A stretch of DNA of 64,000 nt from an uncultured virus (IMG/VR IMGVR_UViG_3300047462_000385) (IMGVR_UViG_3300047462_000385:62001-126000); one strand, 5' to 3'; positions 47,932 to 59,549 are shown, counted from the first letter of the stretch. Notes: generated from the sequence alone by a model not told the origin. Translations and numbers: made by a program.

Positions 47932-48411
47932 ATGCCGACCGAGAAAATCAAACAACGAATAGAACATCTAGAATTAGATTTAGCCAAACATAATGCGGTG
48001 AAAGATAAGTTTCCTGACACTACTGTTAATTGGATGGGAGAATTTTCTTCCAAAACAGTTAATCAAAACTACACTGATTTTGAATTCGAAACTTGGAATA
48101 AAATGTTGTATGTGAGCCCTTATTTTAATTTAGAATTCACTCACAATAATAAATCAGAAACAGTAAAGATTTTCTCTACGCCACGCCGTAATAAACTAGT
48201 TTATGTTGATCATACTTTTGAGGCGGGAAATTACAGGAGAATTATTAGATTTTCCAAAATGATGGCTAATTTCAAACAGCGTAATTTTAGTGAGAAGATG
48301 TTTAATACGTGTAGAACAGAAATTATGAATTTTATCAAAGAGCACCCTGGCATATCTTTAGATAAAAAGTATATGGAACCCAGATTACAAAAACTTTTGT
48401 TATTTGTATAA
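47932..48411 (+). CDS. Hypothetical protein
   Basis: 159 aa ORF ending RLQKLLLFV. Confidence 0.7.
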   Translation: MPTEKIKQRIEHLELDLAKHNAVKDKFPDTTVNWMGEFSSKTVNQNYTDFEFETWNKMLYVSPYFNLEFTHNNKSETVKIFSTPRRNKLVYVDHTFEAGNYRRIIRFSKMMANFKQRNFSEKMFNTCRTEIMNFIKEHPGISLDKKYMEPRLQKLLLFV

Positions 48412-48419
48412 AGGAAGAT

Positions 48420-48587
48420 ATGAAATTACTTAGATGCAAATACTGTCGTGGCGAAGTGGAAATAGTTGGCAATGATCGTGCCATTAATAAAAAAGTAAAG
48501 TGTAATCAGTGTGGCTTTACCAATGCTGATGCTACTGATAAAAAAGAGCCTGAAGTCGTAATAATTAAGAAACGTCCTGCGCAATAA
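48420..48587 (+). CDS. Small zinc-ribbon protein (not in ORF track)
   Basis: AAGGA RBS; MKLLRCKYCRG...KCNQCGF. Confidence 0.6.
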   Translation: MKLLRCKYCRGEVEIVGNDRAINKKVKCNQCGFTNADATDKKEPEVVIIKKRPAQ

Positions 48588-49506
48588 CCCGGTCTCTATT
48601 ATCTCGATACCATTGAATGACACGAAGTAGTCCGTCTTTAAAGTCTGTCTTTGCTGCCCAGCCAAGCATTTCTTTAGCGCGGGAAACATCTAACATTCTC
48701 TTAGGCTGCCCATCTGACACCTCATTCGTGAAGACGATTTCTCCTTGAAATCCAGTCAGATGCCCGACCAAATGAGCCAGATCTTTAATAGAAATATCCT
48801 TGCCAACTCCAAGATTAATTGGTAAATCGGTATCGAGTCCGTCGTTTACGGCTTTTAAAATGGCTTCAGAGCAGTCGCCAGCGTACAAGAATTCTCTGGT
48901 AGCTTCACCAGTTCCCCAGCATTTAACAACTCCGCTATCATTGCGGATCGCCTCTTCAAATTTACGAATAAGTGCCGGAATAACATGACTGTAAGTTGGA
49001 TCGAATGTGTCATACTCTCCATACATATTTACAGGAATAAGGTGAGCGCCTTTCATGCCGTATTGTTGGCGATAAGTTTGCCCTAACATCATTAGCGTTC
49101 TTTTGGCTTGACCATATGGGAAGTTTGTTTCCTCTGCTGCACCATTCCAAATGTTTTCCTCTTTGAATGGGGCTGGACAAAATTTTGGATAAGCACATAC
49201 TGAACCCAAAGTATAAACTGTCTCTATTTTTAAAATACGGGCAACTTCATAAACATTGAGACCCATTTGAGTATTATCTCTTAAAAAGTCAGCTGGATTG
49301 ATGCGGTTACCAAGGATACCCGCACATTTGGCAGCCATATGTAAAATTACATCTGGACCAGACTGCACTACAGCATGATTAAGTGCGTAGAAGTCTAGTA
49401 CATTTACTTCTTTGCTTGAAGGTGCCCAAACCTCATGCTGCTCTTTTAATTTTGGTACTACGTGCTTTCCAAGAAAACCAGTGCCACCCGTGACCAAGAT
49501 TTTCAT
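48565..49506 (-). CDS. fcl: GDP-L-fucose synthase
   Basis: [43 protein letters not shown]. Confidence 0.95.
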   Translation of the reverse strand: MKILVTGGTGFLGKHVVPKLKEQHEVWAPSSKEVNVLDFYALNHAVVQSGPDVILHMAAKCAGILGNRINPADFLRDNTQMGLNVYEVARILKIETVYTLGSVCAYPKFCPAPFKEENIWNGAAEETNFPYGQAKRTLMMLGQTYRQQYGMKGAHLIPVNMYGEYDTFDPTYSHVIPALIRKFEEAIRNDSGVVKCWGTGEATREFLYAGDCSEAILKAVNDGLDTDLPINLGVGKDISIKDLAHLVGHLTGFQGEIVFTNEVSDGQPKRMLDVSRAKEMLGWAAKTDFKDGLLRVIQWYRDNRDRVIAQDVS

Positions 49507-50504
49507 TTGTTGTCCTTTAAGATCTTTTCTTGACGAGCCAGTTCCATATCAGAAGCAATCATCTCATCGACGAGCTGTTCAAAGGTATACTTTGGCTGCC
49601 ATCCTAATTTAGTTTTTAATTTGGTAGGATCCCCGCACAAAGCATCAACTTCGGCTGGTCTCAAATATCTTGCGTCAAATTCTACATATTTAGAATAATC
49701 CAAATCAAGCTTGTTGAAGACCATTTCAGCAAACTCGCGCACTGAATGCATCTCGCCACTGGCTACCACATAATCATCTGGCTCTGGCGCTGTGATAATT
49801 TTAAACATTGCATCAGCCACATCGGCGGCGTGAGACCAGTCTCGCTTAGCTTCCAAATTTCCTAAATAGAGCTTGTCTTGTAAACCAAGCTTGATTCTGG
49901 TCGCTGCCATAGTAATTTTACGGGTAACGAAGGTCTCTCCGCGCCTGCCAGATTCATGATTGAAAGAAATAGCATTACAGGCATGCATTCCATAAGATTC
50001 GCGGTAATTGGTGGTTGCCCAAAAGCCTGCCACTTTGGCGACTCCGTATGGAGAGCGAGGATGAAATGGTGTGGTCTCGCTTTGGGGTGGAGGAGTGGAA
50101 CCAAACATTTCAGAGCTTGATGCCGTTAAAAATTTGGTTTGAGGGCTGTGCTTATGAATAGCTTCAAGCGCTCTTATTACGCCAGTTCCGGTAACATCCA
50201 TCGTATACTCTGGAATATCAAAGCTAACACGCACGTGACTTTGAGCTGCAAGATTAAAAAATAAATCAGGCTTCACCTCAGCAACTAAACTAGATAAAGA
50301 AGAGAAGTCAGACAAATCACCATAAACCAATTTTAGTTTACTATCAGCATGTGGATCTTCATATACATGATTTAATCTTTCTGTATTAAATGAAGAGCTG
50401 CGTCTTTTAAGACCGTATATCTGATATCCCTTTTCTAAGAGTAATTCACATAAATATGATCCAGTTTGTCCAGTAATTCCAGTAATGCAAGCCGTAGGTG
50501 CCAT
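49503..50504 (-). CDS. gmd: GDP-mannose 4,6-dehydratase
   Basis: [51 protein letters not shown]. Confidence 0.97.
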   Translation of the reverse strand: MAPTACITGITGQTGSYLCELLLEKGYQIYGLKRRSSSFNTERLNHVYEDPHADSKLKLVYGDLSDFSSLSSLVAEVKPDLFFNLAAQSHVRVSFDIPEYTMDVTGTGVIRALEAIHKHSPQTKFLTASSSEMFGSTPPPQSETTPFHPRSPYGVAKVAGFWATTNYRESYGMHACNAISFNHESGRRGETFVTRKITMAATRIKLGLQDKLYLGNLEAKRDWSHAADVADAMFKIITAPEPDDYVVASGEMHSVREFAEMVFNKLDLDYSKYVEFDARYLRPAEVDALCGDPTKLKTKLGWQPKYTFEQLVDEMIASDMELARQEKILKDNK

Positions 50505-50524
50505 TTAATATTCCTTTATCTTGA

Positions 50525-51442
50525 TTATATCAAATCATCAAAATACTTGATCGTTTCAACTATTCCATTATCTAGAGACCAGAAATTATTCCACCCTCTG
50601 GCTTTTAATTTTTCGGCACTTAATTGAGTGTACAGTAATTCTCCAACAATAGGCGCTGTATGAACAATTTTAGAGGATGTCGGAATATATTGAACTATCT
50701 TTTGAGCAACATCATTCACACTGTATTGTAAATTAGAGCTGACATTAAAAGTACCATTCAGTTCTTGCTCTAATGCTAACATATTCGCCTGAACTACATC
50801 TTGCACATAAACAAAGTCTCTGGTCTGCTTTCCATCTCCAAAGATGGTCAAATCTTCGTCCGCAAGCGCTCTTTGGATGAAAATAGCGATGACGCCAGCT
50901 TCACCCTTGCTATCTTGACGGGGACCAAAAACATTGCTGTATCTTAATACCGTATATTGTAGACCATATAGTTTTTGAAAAATTTCCAAATACTTCTCTA
51001 CTGTTTGTTTTGCTAAGCCATAAGGCGACTCCGGATATGCCAGGGATTGTTCGGTAAATGGTAAAATTTCATGGGGCGAATAGATGGCTCCGCCCGTGGA
51101 AGAAAAGATGACTCGTTTTACATTAGCGCGCGCGCAATTTTCAAGGATGTTGAGGCTGCCAACTACATTGGCTAGAGCGTCTTCAGCCGGTTCTTTGATG
51201 GAATGTCTTAGATTAATTTGTGCAGCTAAATGAAAAACATAATCAAATTTGAATTTATCGAAAATATAATTTAGAGGATTGATGACGTTTTGCTGGTAAA
51301 AGGTAGCTCTAGGATTAAGATTCTTGATATTTCCAGTAACAAGATTGTCTATAATTACTACCTGATGACCCTTATCAATGAGAGAGTCAACAATATGACT
51401 ACCAATGAATCCCGCTCCACCAGTAACTAAACAAATACTCAT
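50525..51442 (-). CDS. NAD-dependent sugar-nucleotide epimerase (GalE-like)
   Basis: GGAGFIGSH, SSTGGAIY, SPYGLAK, RYSNVFGPRQ. Confidence 0.92.
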   Translation of the reverse strand: MSICLVTGGAGFIGSHIVDSLIDKGHQVVIIDNLVTGNIKNLNPRATFYQQNVINPLNYIFDKFKFDYVFHLAAQINLRHSIKEPAEDALANVVGSLNILENCARANVKRVIFSSTGGAIYSPHEILPFTEQSLAYPESPYGLAKQTVEKYLEIFQKLYGLQYTVLRYSNVFGPRQDSKGEAGVIAIFIQRALADEDLTIFGDGKQTRDFVYVQDVVQANMLALEQELNGTFNVSSNLQYSVNDVAQKIVQYIPTSSKIVHTAPIVGELLYTQLSAEKLKARGWNNFWSLDNGIVETIKYFDDLI

Positions 51443-51510
51443 TTAATGCCTCAATTTCAATAGCTTGCTATCTATGTATATATCCACATTTTCGATGTAA
51501 AGGACATAAC

Positions 51511-51771
51511 ATGAAAGTTACCATAGGCAACCTAATTGACCAATTGACCATTGTAAATATTAGAATTTGGATGGCAGAAGATATTAAACGTGATCCAAAT
51601 GCTACTGATAAACAAATTGCTGATGCAACTCGCCTTACTAATGTAGCAAATCAACAAAGAAATGATTTAATACAGGAGATTGATGAATGTCTAAATGATA
51701 TGGTAAAGAATGGAACCGTTCAAAAGCTATATGGTCAGGGAAAAAATAAGATGTATGGCAAGGAAAAATAA
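51511..51771 (+). CDS. DUF4254-like helical protein
   Basis: IG.LIDQL.I.N..IW..ED...NQQRNDLI.EID. Confidence 0.65.
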   Translation: MKVTIGNLIDQLTIVNIRIWMAEDIKRDPNATDKQIADATRLTNVANQQRNDLIQEIDECLNDMVKNGTVQKLYGQGKNKMYGKEK

Positions 51772-52988
51772 TGAAAGAATTGTTTTCTTTGGGCGAGCTA
51801 TATGTTTCTGACTTCTTAAAAGCAGAGGATTCTCCTCGTGCTGATAAGGTAGAAATGAAACTTTTGCTCGATGATAACGGGGCTGTTCGCCTAGAAAAAC
51901 AGGCTCCTAAAGAGGCAATGTATGGCAGATATTGGTATCGCTCTGGCATCAATGCTACCATGACCAATGAACTTAAAGGCATTGTCGAGTCCATTACTGG
52001 CGTAATAAGTTTGCAAAATAATGATCTTTGGATAGATATTGCCTGTAATGATGGTACGCTTCTTAGTTTTATTCTGCCAAATGTTGTCAAAGTGGGAATT
52101 GATCCAGCCGATGATACCTACAAGGCAGAGTCAGAAAAACGTGCCGATCTAATTATTCAAGACTATTTTAGTGCTGACGTTTTTAAACAATCAAAATTTG
52201 GTGATAAAAAAGCCAAGGTAATCACCTCTATTGCTATGTTCTATGATTTAGAACATCCGGATGCTTTTATTGAAGATATTTATGACGTATTGGATTGCGA
52301 TGGTCTTTGGGTAATGCAACTAAGCTATACTCCTCTTATGTTGCAGCAGCTCGCTTTCGACAACATTTGCCACGAACATATTTACTATTACTCGTTATTT
52401 AATTTAAAATCTTTACTAGAAAAGCATGGTTTTAAAATAATGGACTGTCAATTGAATGATATAAACGGCGGTTCATTTCGTGTTTACATTATGAAGCAAG
52501 GCTCCAATCCTAAACATTTTGCGACACAGCCATATCGTGATGTTTGTGAATTTAGAGTTAATTCACTTCTTGCGTTTGAAGATACTTTGCACCTAGACTC
52601 TATTTTAACTTGGAAGCATTTTTATGATAGAATTAATGCGCTCCGCGAACAAACGGTTGATTTTGTCAAATCTGAAAAAGCCAAAGGTAAAACTATATGG
52701 GCGTATGGTGCCTCGACTAAGGGCAATACACTGCTCCAATATTTTGGATTAGATCATACTGTAATTGATGGTGTGGCAGAACGTAGTCCATACAAATTTG
52801 GCTTGCATACTGTCGGAACCAATATTCCGATTTATTCGGAAGAAGATATGCGAAAAAATAAACCAGACTATTTACTGGTATTACCGTGGCATTTTATTAA
52901 TGAATTTGTGGCGCGCGAAATAGATTTTTTGAGGGCAGGTGGTAAATTCATTGTACCATGTCCTCAGTTTGAAATTATTGGAATATAA
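51771..52988 (+). CDS. NDP-hexose C-methyltransferase-like
   Basis: YWYRSG, DIACNDG, FDNICHEH..YY, YGASTKGNTLLQ, LPWHF. Confidence 0.88.
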   Translation: MKELFSLGELYVSDFLKAEDSPRADKVEMKLLLDDNGAVRLEKQAPKEAMYGRYWYRSGINATMTNELKGIVESITGVISLQNNDLWIDIACNDGTLLSFILPNVVKVGIDPADDTYKAESEKRADLIIQDYFSADVFKQSKFGDKKAKVITSIAMFYDLEHPDAFIEDIYDVLDCDGLWVMQLSYTPLMLQQLAFDNICHEHIYYYSLFNLKSLLEKHGFKIMDCQLNDINGGSFRVYIMKQGSNPKHFATQPYRDVCEFRVNSLLAFEDTLHLDSILTWKHFYDRINALREQTVDFVKSEKAKGKTIWAYGASTKGNTLLQYFGLDHTVIDGVAERSPYKFGLHTVGTNIPIYSEEDMRKNKPDYLLVLPWHFINEFVAREIDFLRAGGKFIVPCPQFEIIGI

Positions 52989-52998
52989 GGAAAAACAC

Positions 52999-53637
52999 AT
53001 GGGCGGATCACAGGCATGGCAAGAGAGTTTTGTTTGGAATATGTTAAGCTTTAAGCGAGATGGAACCTATTTGGATATTGGCAGCAATGATGCTAAGAAT
53101 CTAAATAATTCTTGGCTTCTAGAACACCTATATAATTGGAAAGGTATTTGTGTAGAAATAGGTCCACAATATGCAGAACAATATAAGGAAAGAACATGTC
53201 ACTTTGTAAATGAGGATGCAACTAAAGTTAATTATAAAGAAGTATTTCAATCTTTAGGATATCCGTCTAGAATAGATTATCTTTCATTAGATTGTGATGA
53301 TAGCAGTGTAGATGCACTTAAACAATTACCGCTAGCTGATTACAGATTCACTACTATTACTATAGAGCATGATGCTTATAGAATTGGTGACGCTGCTAGA
53401 ATTGCGGAGCGCGCTATTTTGGACAGCTATGGCTATGTACGAGTATTTCCTGACGTATGTGCGCCACTTGGTTGTGGTATGGGTCCCAATCTTCCATTTG
53501 AAGATTGGTGGATAGATCCTGCCGCTTTTGATATGAACAAAATAAACAGCATATCTGCAGCAAATCAATATCCTGATGAAATAGTTGAGATGTTGAAAAA
53601 GAGGGCTGACACTTATCTTTTACCAGAATTTAGATAA
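52999..53637 (+). CDS. FkbM-family methyltransferase-like
   Basis: SQ..Q, YLDIGS, NNS..LE...W.GICVE, IDYLSLD, IEH, EDWW. Confidence 0.8.
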   Translation: MGGSQAWQESFVWNMLSFKRDGTYLDIGSNDAKNLNNSWLLEHLYNWKGICVEIGPQYAEQYKERTCHFVNEDATKVNYKEVFQSLGYPSRIDYLSLDCDDSSVDALKQLPLADYRFTTITIEHDAYRIGDAARIAERAILDSYGYVRVFPDVCAPLGCGMGPNLPFEDWWIDPAAFDMNKINSISAANQYPDEIVEMLKKRADTYLLPEFR

Positions 53638-54725
53638 TCGTTAACAGATTTTAATATATAGTCCTGTTCATCCGATTTTAATTCTGGATAACTTGGAAGA
53701 AGAAAACACTCTTTGTTAAGAAGAACGGCATTAGTCGAATCTTCTTGTTGTATGCAATCCATGTCACTAATATATTTGTGTGCATGCATAGGGTAAAACA
53801 TTGGTCTAATTTCAATGCTGCGTTGTTTGAAAAATGACTCAGCCACTTCATAGCTTGTTTGCCCCGGCACTCTAACGCCAAAATGCCAATTAGCATTTTT
53901 TGTATTATCTGCATTCTTTTGAATAAAAATGTCTGAGCGGTCTTGAAATTCGGTGCGATATCTATCAAATATCTTGTGTTTCAGGTCTAAGATAGTTGGT
54001 AAAATTTCAAGCTGTCCATACAAAATAGCCGCTTGAATATTGGTCATGCGGTAGTTATAACCCAACTCATCGTGAATGAATCGTTTAGCAGATTGTCCTT
54101 GACCTTGCACACACTTTGCAAAAAGACATACATCTTCATCGTTAGTAATGAAGGCGCCACCTTCACCACTAGTTATGTTTTTATTTCCAAAAAAAGAAAT
54201 GCTAGAAGCATAAGAGGCAGTGCCGGTAAAGACATTTTCATAAGTTCCTAAAAATCCTTCACAATTATCTTCAACAAATAATGTATTAGGATATTTTCTT
54301 TTTAATTTAGGCACATTAATAATATTTCCAATATTATGTACTATTAGGACTGCAGCATTTGGATGAGCGATAATGGATTTATCTAGTTCATCTAGATTGT
54401 AATTCCAAGTGTTGAGGTCGGCATCCACAGTGAAGATTTTGTAATCTCTATCAAATAAAAAGGCATTCCAAGCTGCCACATAGACGTTGTTTGGAACTAT
54501 AATTTCATTCTTATTTTGTTTGGTTGCTAAACACTTAGCCACTAGATGGCAGGCACTAGTGCCATTATTTAATAAAATAACATAAGGCGCATTAAGCAGC
54601 TCCTGTAACGCTTCTTGTGCTAGTTGTATGTATTTTCCTTGCGAAGAAATCCAGGTAGAATCCAGGGCTTCATGTGCATATGCTAAAGAAGATTTTGGCA
54701 AGTATGGCTTATAAATTGGAATCAT
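53613..54725 (-). CDS. DegT/perosamine-synthase-like PLP aminotransferase
   Basis: WISSQG, NGT.A.H, EDNCE, SFFGNKNITSGEGG, GYNYRMTNIQAA. Confidence 0.92.
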   Translation of the reverse strand: MIPIYKPYLPKSSLAYAHEALDSTWISSQGKYIQLAQEALQELLNAPYVILLNNGTSACHLVAKCLATKQNKNEIIVPNNVYVAAWNAFLFDRDYKIFTVDADLNTWNYNLDELDKSIIAHPNAAVLIVHNIGNIINVPKLKRKYPNTLFVEDNCEGFLGTYENVFTGTASYASSISFFGNKNITSGEGGAFITNDEDVCLFAKCVQGQGQSAKRFIHDELGYNYRMTNIQAAILYGQLEILPTILDLKHKIFDRYRTEFQDRSDIFIQKNADNTKNANWHFGVRVPGQTSYEVAESFFKQRSIEIRPMFYPMHAHKYISDMDCIQQEDSTNAVLLNKECFLLPSYPELKSDEQDYILKSVNDYLNSGKR

Positions 54726-55339
54726 GTCTTTAATTTCTTAGCAGGTATACCTACATAAGTTCCACTTTCTGCAATATCTTTTACCACACATGCGCCCGCA
54801 CCAATAGTTACATCGCTACAGATCGCAATATCTTCAACGGTTGAAGAGTTGGTGCCTAGATACACTCTGTTACCAGTCTTCACATGACCACTAACGTGAA
54901 CACCTGGGGCGGTAGTAAAAAAATCTCCAGTAACAGTATCGTGACCAATAGTTGTGGCTAAATTGAGCTGTGAGAATGCCCCCAATTGTATATCACATGT
55001 TAATAGACAGTTGGCACAAATAACTGAACCAGAGCCAATACTAATATTGGGATCCATTAAAATAGCTCGGGGATGAATAAGTGTTTTGAAGACACTATCT
55101 CCATGGTGGTCAATAATTTTTTTTACAATAATTTCGCGGATACGCGGATTACCAACAGCAACTACAGCTAAATGTTTGTTGGGATCAAAATAATTCTCGT
55201 CCTCTACTTTTACTCCACAATAGTCTTTGCCTGCCTGCACATCGATAAAAGCGTCTACCTCACAGCCGCACTGATTAGCGAGCCAAAAGACTTCTCTAGC
55301 AAAACCGCCTGCACCAAATATACAAATAGTCTTAACCAT
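54722..55339 (-). CDS. Sugar N/O-acetyltransferase (PglD/PerB/NeuD family)
   Basis: GAGGFARE, TLIHP, IGHD, hexapeptide repeats, GIPAK. Confidence 0.9.
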   Translation of the reverse strand: MVKTICIFGAGGFAREVFWLANQCGCEVDAFIDVQAGKDYCGVKVEDENYFDPNKHLAVVAVGNPRIREIIVKKIIDHHGDSVFKTLIHPRAILMDPNISIGSGSVICANCLLTCDIQLGAFSQLNLATTIGHDTVTGDFFTTAPGVHVSGHVKTGNRVYLGTNSSTVEDIAICSDVTIGAGACVVKDIAESGTYVGIPAKKLKT

Positions 55340-55348
55340 AAGAATTCC

Positions 55349-56248
55349 TTAAATTCTACTTAAGGTATCCGCCAAGGTGCGCTCTAGCCCTGCCTTCTTT
55401 TGTTCTACGGTAAGGTTGTCACAAATGAAGCTGTTAACTGGACCATGAGCCATTATTGAGCTTACGATAGTAGATCCACAAAATTCAACCCTAGGAACTG
55501 GCTTATTGCCCCAGCAATTTGCAGCAACTGTGATGCCGCTACTTACTCCGATGAACAAATCACATTGAGCATGTAACAGTGCAGTTTGTCTAACTGTAAA
55601 TTGTGATCCAGAAACAACGCCTATGTCATCTGCAAACTTTGTATGATCAACTTTGCTAGCAAAAATGAAGTTGCATTTGCCAAATTTGCTTCGACATTGG
55701 TGAATTATATTTCTAGTTGAATCTTCAAATAATTGAAAATTGCCAGCCGATCTTAACTCGGTTTCCAGCATAACTGTTTTTGCGTGAGGCAAACTGGCAT
55801 AAAAATCTTTAGCCATTTCTCTTTCTTCATCAGAAAATCCTAAATATGAATGCCATTCCCACGAAGGATCGGCTCCACAAACCATTCTAGGTATGTTTGA
55901 ATAGTTTACACTATCTAATTTTGGATTAGGTAACACTGCCCATGGGGCTGGATAATAGCCTGCATCTAAGTCTTTTGTTTGCTCGAAATCTGTCATTTTT
56001 TCTGGAAGAAGATGCCCGTCCCTATCGATTATATCTCTAAACCAAATTGGAGGTTGTTGTCTAATTTCAGAAATTGCATCATTGAATTTAAGCATGTCTA
56101 CATAAGTAGCTTTTTCAGGAGCTAAATTGGCAAACCATACGATATCTTTATCTGGCCACAACACATCTTTATATTTTAAAACAGCTGTACAGAGTCCAAT
56201 ATCACCATGCTGTTCACCACAAAAAATACCAATTTTTCCCTTGCTCAT
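55349..56248 (-). CDS. Glycosyltransferase-like (GT9-like)
   Basis: HGDI near N-terminus; CDLFIGVSSG. Confidence 0.55.
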   Translation of the reverse strand: MSKGKIGIFCGEQHGDIGLCTAVLKYKDVLWPDKDIVWFANLAPEKATYVDMLKFNDAISEIRQQPPIWFRDIIDRDGHLLPEKMTDFEQTKDLDAGYYPAPWAVLPNPKLDSVNYSNIPRMVCGADPSWEWHSYLGFSDEEREMAKDFYASLPHAKTVMLETELRSAGNFQLFEDSTRNIIHQCRSKFGKCNFIFASKVDHTKFADDIGVVSGSQFTVRQTALLHAQCDLFIGVSSGITVAANCWGNKPVPRVEFCGSTIVSSIMAHGPVNSFICDNLTVEQKKAGLERTLADTLSRI

Positions 56249-56282
56249 TTATGCCTCACCATATCAATATAACCTTATTAGT

Positions 56283-57095
56283 ATGATGAAGAAGATAGTA
56301 AGCTACTCGCTGTACAATAACCGTCCGAAAGATTGCATCAACGCAATTATTAACTGCCTTTTAATTCCACAAATTTATCCCGGCTGGGTTGCCAGATTTT
56401 ACATTGATGATACTGTACCACCAAGCATAGAACAACTTCTTAGAACATTTGAACATGTTGAAGTTGTAGTTATGCCGCATCATCGTGGAAGTGAGGCTAT
56501 GCTATGGAGATTCTTGCCAGCTTCTGAATACGACACAGTTATGATCTCTAGAGATGCAGACTCTTGGGTTTCTGTCAGAGAGAAAGTGTGTGTTGATCAG
56601 TGGCTCGAAGGTGATAGAAGTTTCCATATCATCAGAGATCATTGCTATCACAGCCAAAAAATAATGGGCGGCATGTGGGGCGTTCGAAATTATATGCTTC
56701 CAGAGATGAAAGATTTGGTGGAAGAATTCTGCAAAACCGGCACATATGATCAGGGATTTTTAGCTGAAAAGATCTATCCAAATGTTACGCATAATTTACT
56801 AGTTCATTTTGGAAATCCTCAATATAATAATCAGGGACAACTATTAGTTAATGGTTATTTTGGTGAGGACGGTCATCGTGCCCCCATACCTTCCTATCAA
56901 GAGTGGGATGAACCAGTTCCAGGTCTTTCTTTTAGAGAGGCTAATTCAATGAATGCTTTCCATTGTGCTCACTGCAGACAAACCCATCCAGTTCTTATTG
57001 GAGGAATTACAGAACACATTCCGCCGCGAGCCCTAGAAGTAGTAAGAAACTACGCTCGCGAAAAGGGAATTGTTTTGGATGCCCCAGGGATTTAA
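56283..57095 (+). CDS. Glycosyltransferase-like protein
   Basis: SYSLY, MLWRFLP, SRDADS, FHIIRDH.YH, IMGGMWG, DQ.FL. Confidence 0.65.
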   Translation: MMKKIVSYSLYNNRPKDCINAIINCLLIPQIYPGWVARFYIDDTVPPSIEQLLRTFEHVEVVVMPHHRGSEAMLWRFLPASEYDTVMISRDADSWVSVREKVCVDQWLEGDRSFHIIRDHCYHSQKIMGGMWGVRNYMLPEMKDLVEEFCKTGTYDQGFLAEKIYPNVTHNLLVHFGNPQYNNQGQLLVNGYFGEDGHRAPIPSYQEWDEPVPGLSFREANSMNAFHCAHCRQTHPVLIGGITEHIPPRALEVVRNYAREKGIVLDAPGI

Positions 57096-57106
57096 AGGAG
57101 ATATTT

Positions 57107-57684
57107 ATGCAAATACCAGACGGGCAACTCAGCAATGTTGAAAGAGACTATCTATTTAATTTGGTCGTTTCTTTAAAGCCAAATTTAGTTATAGAAAGTG
57201 GAACTTGGCAGGGTGGCGGAAGCACTTTATTTTTAGTAAAAGCTCTATTTGAAAATAAAGCAGGGCAACTTCACACCTATGAAACTTATACTCCATACTG
57301 GGAGTGTGCAAATAATTTTTATGAGCAGTCAGTATACAAACCATACATTTCATTATTTAACGAAGATTTTATCAATGCTACTAAGAGATACAACTTTGAA
57401 GATAATAGTGTTGTAATATTTTTAGATGGGGAGATGAAACATGGGATGCAAAGCTGCCATTTCCTGCAGAACTGTATCCAGATATTTCTGAAAACTTACA
57501 ATCATTTAAAATCTTAGAGGCAAAAGTAAAGCCTGGAACTAATGTTCTATTGCATGATTGGACCGTTGATGGCGGGCGCGGAACATTTGTCAAGCAATAT
57601 CTGGAAAAGAAAAGCTTTGACGGCTGGGAAATTGTTGATGTTATTAATGCTACTACCGGATTAGCCCATTTATTGAAGAAATAA
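57107..57684 (+). pseudogene. Class I methyltransferase (Methyltransf_24-like) with frameshift in G4 run (or sequencing indel)
   Basis: IESGTWQGGGST...FLDG; adding one G at 57428-57431 gives ...VKPGTNVLLHDW...LLKK*. Confidence 0.75.
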
Positions 57685-57687
57685 ATA

Positions 57688-58464
57688 TCAATAGAAATAA
57701 TTTAAGAACAGATCCATTCTTAATTTGTGTCCAGCAGCGAAAGTTGGATTTTCTGCATTGTTCCATTGTGAGCCCGCCATATAGTGATAAAATCCATCGG
57801 CAACCCAACCTGCACTTAAACCGTGTGATCTGCAAATTGCTAAATCATTCGAAAAATATTCTGCAATTGGTTGCCCTGTCAGTATAGCAATCATGTACGA
57901 AATTTGATGATTGTTCAAAAATTTTACTGCTGATTCATGGGACTTGATAAAATCTTTAGTTTTTCCACCACAATCTAATCCAGGAGCTAATCCAAAATCT
58001 AATTCATGAGGGTTTGCAAGACGCTTCATATTAACCATTGTTAAAGCTGGATAAAAATAATTAACTCCTTTGCCATCCATAATTCTAAATTCACTAGTAC
58101 TTGCTACAATGTTCTCTCCAATAATGTCAGAAACTACAACATCACAAATTGGAAATACGTCCGTATGAAGGAGAACAATTATTTCGCAGCCATTTTGTGG
58201 GGCGTACTCATGGACTGCCCAATTCAATGTTGCAGCATATCCCTCCGAAGGATTTTGTACTCTATGAATATGTTGAGGTACCCTTACACATTTTATATTG
58301 TTATATGAACAAATCATATTAATATTTTGTTCTGATTGAACATCCATGGCATCATTAAATAAAATAAACTCAAAATCTTCCTTCATATATTTTTTGAATT
58401 GCCTGTGTGCAATATCAATTGGAAATTTTTCATTTACGGCAAAAGAAAATAAAGAGATTTTCAT
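57688..58464 (-). CDS. Glycosyltransferase-like protein
   Basis: FILFND, LLHTDVFPI, HY.AGS.W; inside glycan cluster. Confidence 0.55.
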   Translation of the reverse strand: MKISLFSFAVNEKFPIDIAHRQFKKYMKEDFEFILFNDAMDVQSEQNINMICSYNNIKCVRVPQHIHRVQNPSEGYAATLNWAVHEYAPQNGCEIIVLLHTDVFPICDVVVSDIIGENIVASTSEFRIMDGKGVNYFYPALTMVNMKRLANPHELDFGLAPGLDCGGKTKDFIKSHESAVKFLNNHQISYMIAILTGQPIAEYFSNDLAICRSHGLSAGWVADGFYHYMAGSQWNNAENPTFAAGHKLRMDLFLNYFY

Positions 58465-58478
58465 ATTAGTTCCATTAA

Positions 58479-59549
58479 TTAGGTTTTATTTTTAATACTG
58501 TCAAGTATTTTTTTCCATTCAGAATATGCGTATTCTTTTTTTGCAATATTAGCAAATGACATATCATTACTAATTTCACGTGCGTTGACTGTTCTTAATA
58601 AATGATCTAGATGGGCAGGCGAATCATAATACTGAATATATTTCAAAAAACCTTTTGGATCATAATAGTCTGAAGTGTCTAACCACTTTTCTAAAATGGC
58701 AGGATTGCGAAGACTGTTGGGATTATTAATATCATCTGGCTCTTGTTTTTTGTTTATTTTATAGAATGTTAATTCTTCTAATGCTTTACCTTGATGGTAA
58801 ATCTCTTTACAATATTGTTTAGATGGAAAAAATTGTGGAACGTTTGCAGTATACTGTTCATGCATTGATGACGTGGAATTTGCATATGGGATATGAATTA
58901 CTCCCTTATAACTATATAAATTTTCCCAAGTATATCTCCAATTAGAATCTCTTATTGAAGAAAGAGGAATAGCTAAATCGCCAGAGACTGATATTTCAGT
59001 TCTATTAGCTATTATATATTTATCTTTTGTTCCTGTATATTTTAGATTCGTGTAAGTTCCCCAATGAGGAATAAATGTTCCCTTAATACCAGTATGATAT
59101 TCTGTATACCACTGATCGCCTCTATTACTACATACCCAATATAATGTTCCATCAGCAGTTTTTCTAGCCATAAAATCTTCTAATCTTTTTACTAGATGTG
59201 GGTTATCAAAAGTATTGGGATGCTGATATCTAATGCAGTTGATTACAATAATGGGCTTGTTCCATCTTTCATAAAGCATTGCAAATTCTGCTGGATAACA
59301 AGCAATAAAAGCGTCGTATTTTTTGAACTCTTCTTTATAAGTTTCATAAAAAATATCACAAACTTCTTCTGAGCAAACACCAGAACATGTGAGAGCACTG
59401 GTGCCTAGCCTAATTGTATTTTTTGGTTTATTCAAAACCCAGTTGTGCCCAGATAGCGTCCAGTCATCCGTCTCATGCCCAAAATCTTTAAAGATATGAG
59501 CAAGGTCGGCAATTACTGAAACGTGTTGATCTATATTAAAAAATCTCAT
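58479..59549 (-). CDS. Glycosyltransferase-like (GT-B-type) protein
   Basis: YKGVIHIPY..S...HEQY..NVP.F.P. Confidence 0.55.
   Translation of the reverse strand: MRFFNIDQHVSVIADLAHIFKDFGHETDDWTLSGHNWVLNKPKNTIRLGTSALTCSGVCSEEVCDIFYETYKEEFKKYDAFIACYPAEFAMLYERWNKPIIVINCIRYQHPNTFDNPHLVKRLEDFMARKTADGTLYWVCSNRGDQWYTEYHTGIKGTFIPHWGTYTNLKYTGTKDKYIIANRTEISVSGDLAIPLSSIRDSNWRYTWENLYSYKGVIHIPYANSTSSMHEQYTANVPQFFPSKQYCKEIYHQGKALEELTFYKINKKQEPDDINNPNSLRNPAILEKWLDTSDYYDPKGFLKYIQYYDSPAHLDHLLRTVNAREISNDMSFANIAKKEYAYSEWKKILDSIKNKT

Noticed and set aside
56127..56282. Long N-terminal extension of the 56127 ORF (and the similar extensions at 56963, 6780 and 45207)
   Set aside because: They overlap neighbouring genes from non-ATG starts; downstream ATGs fit better
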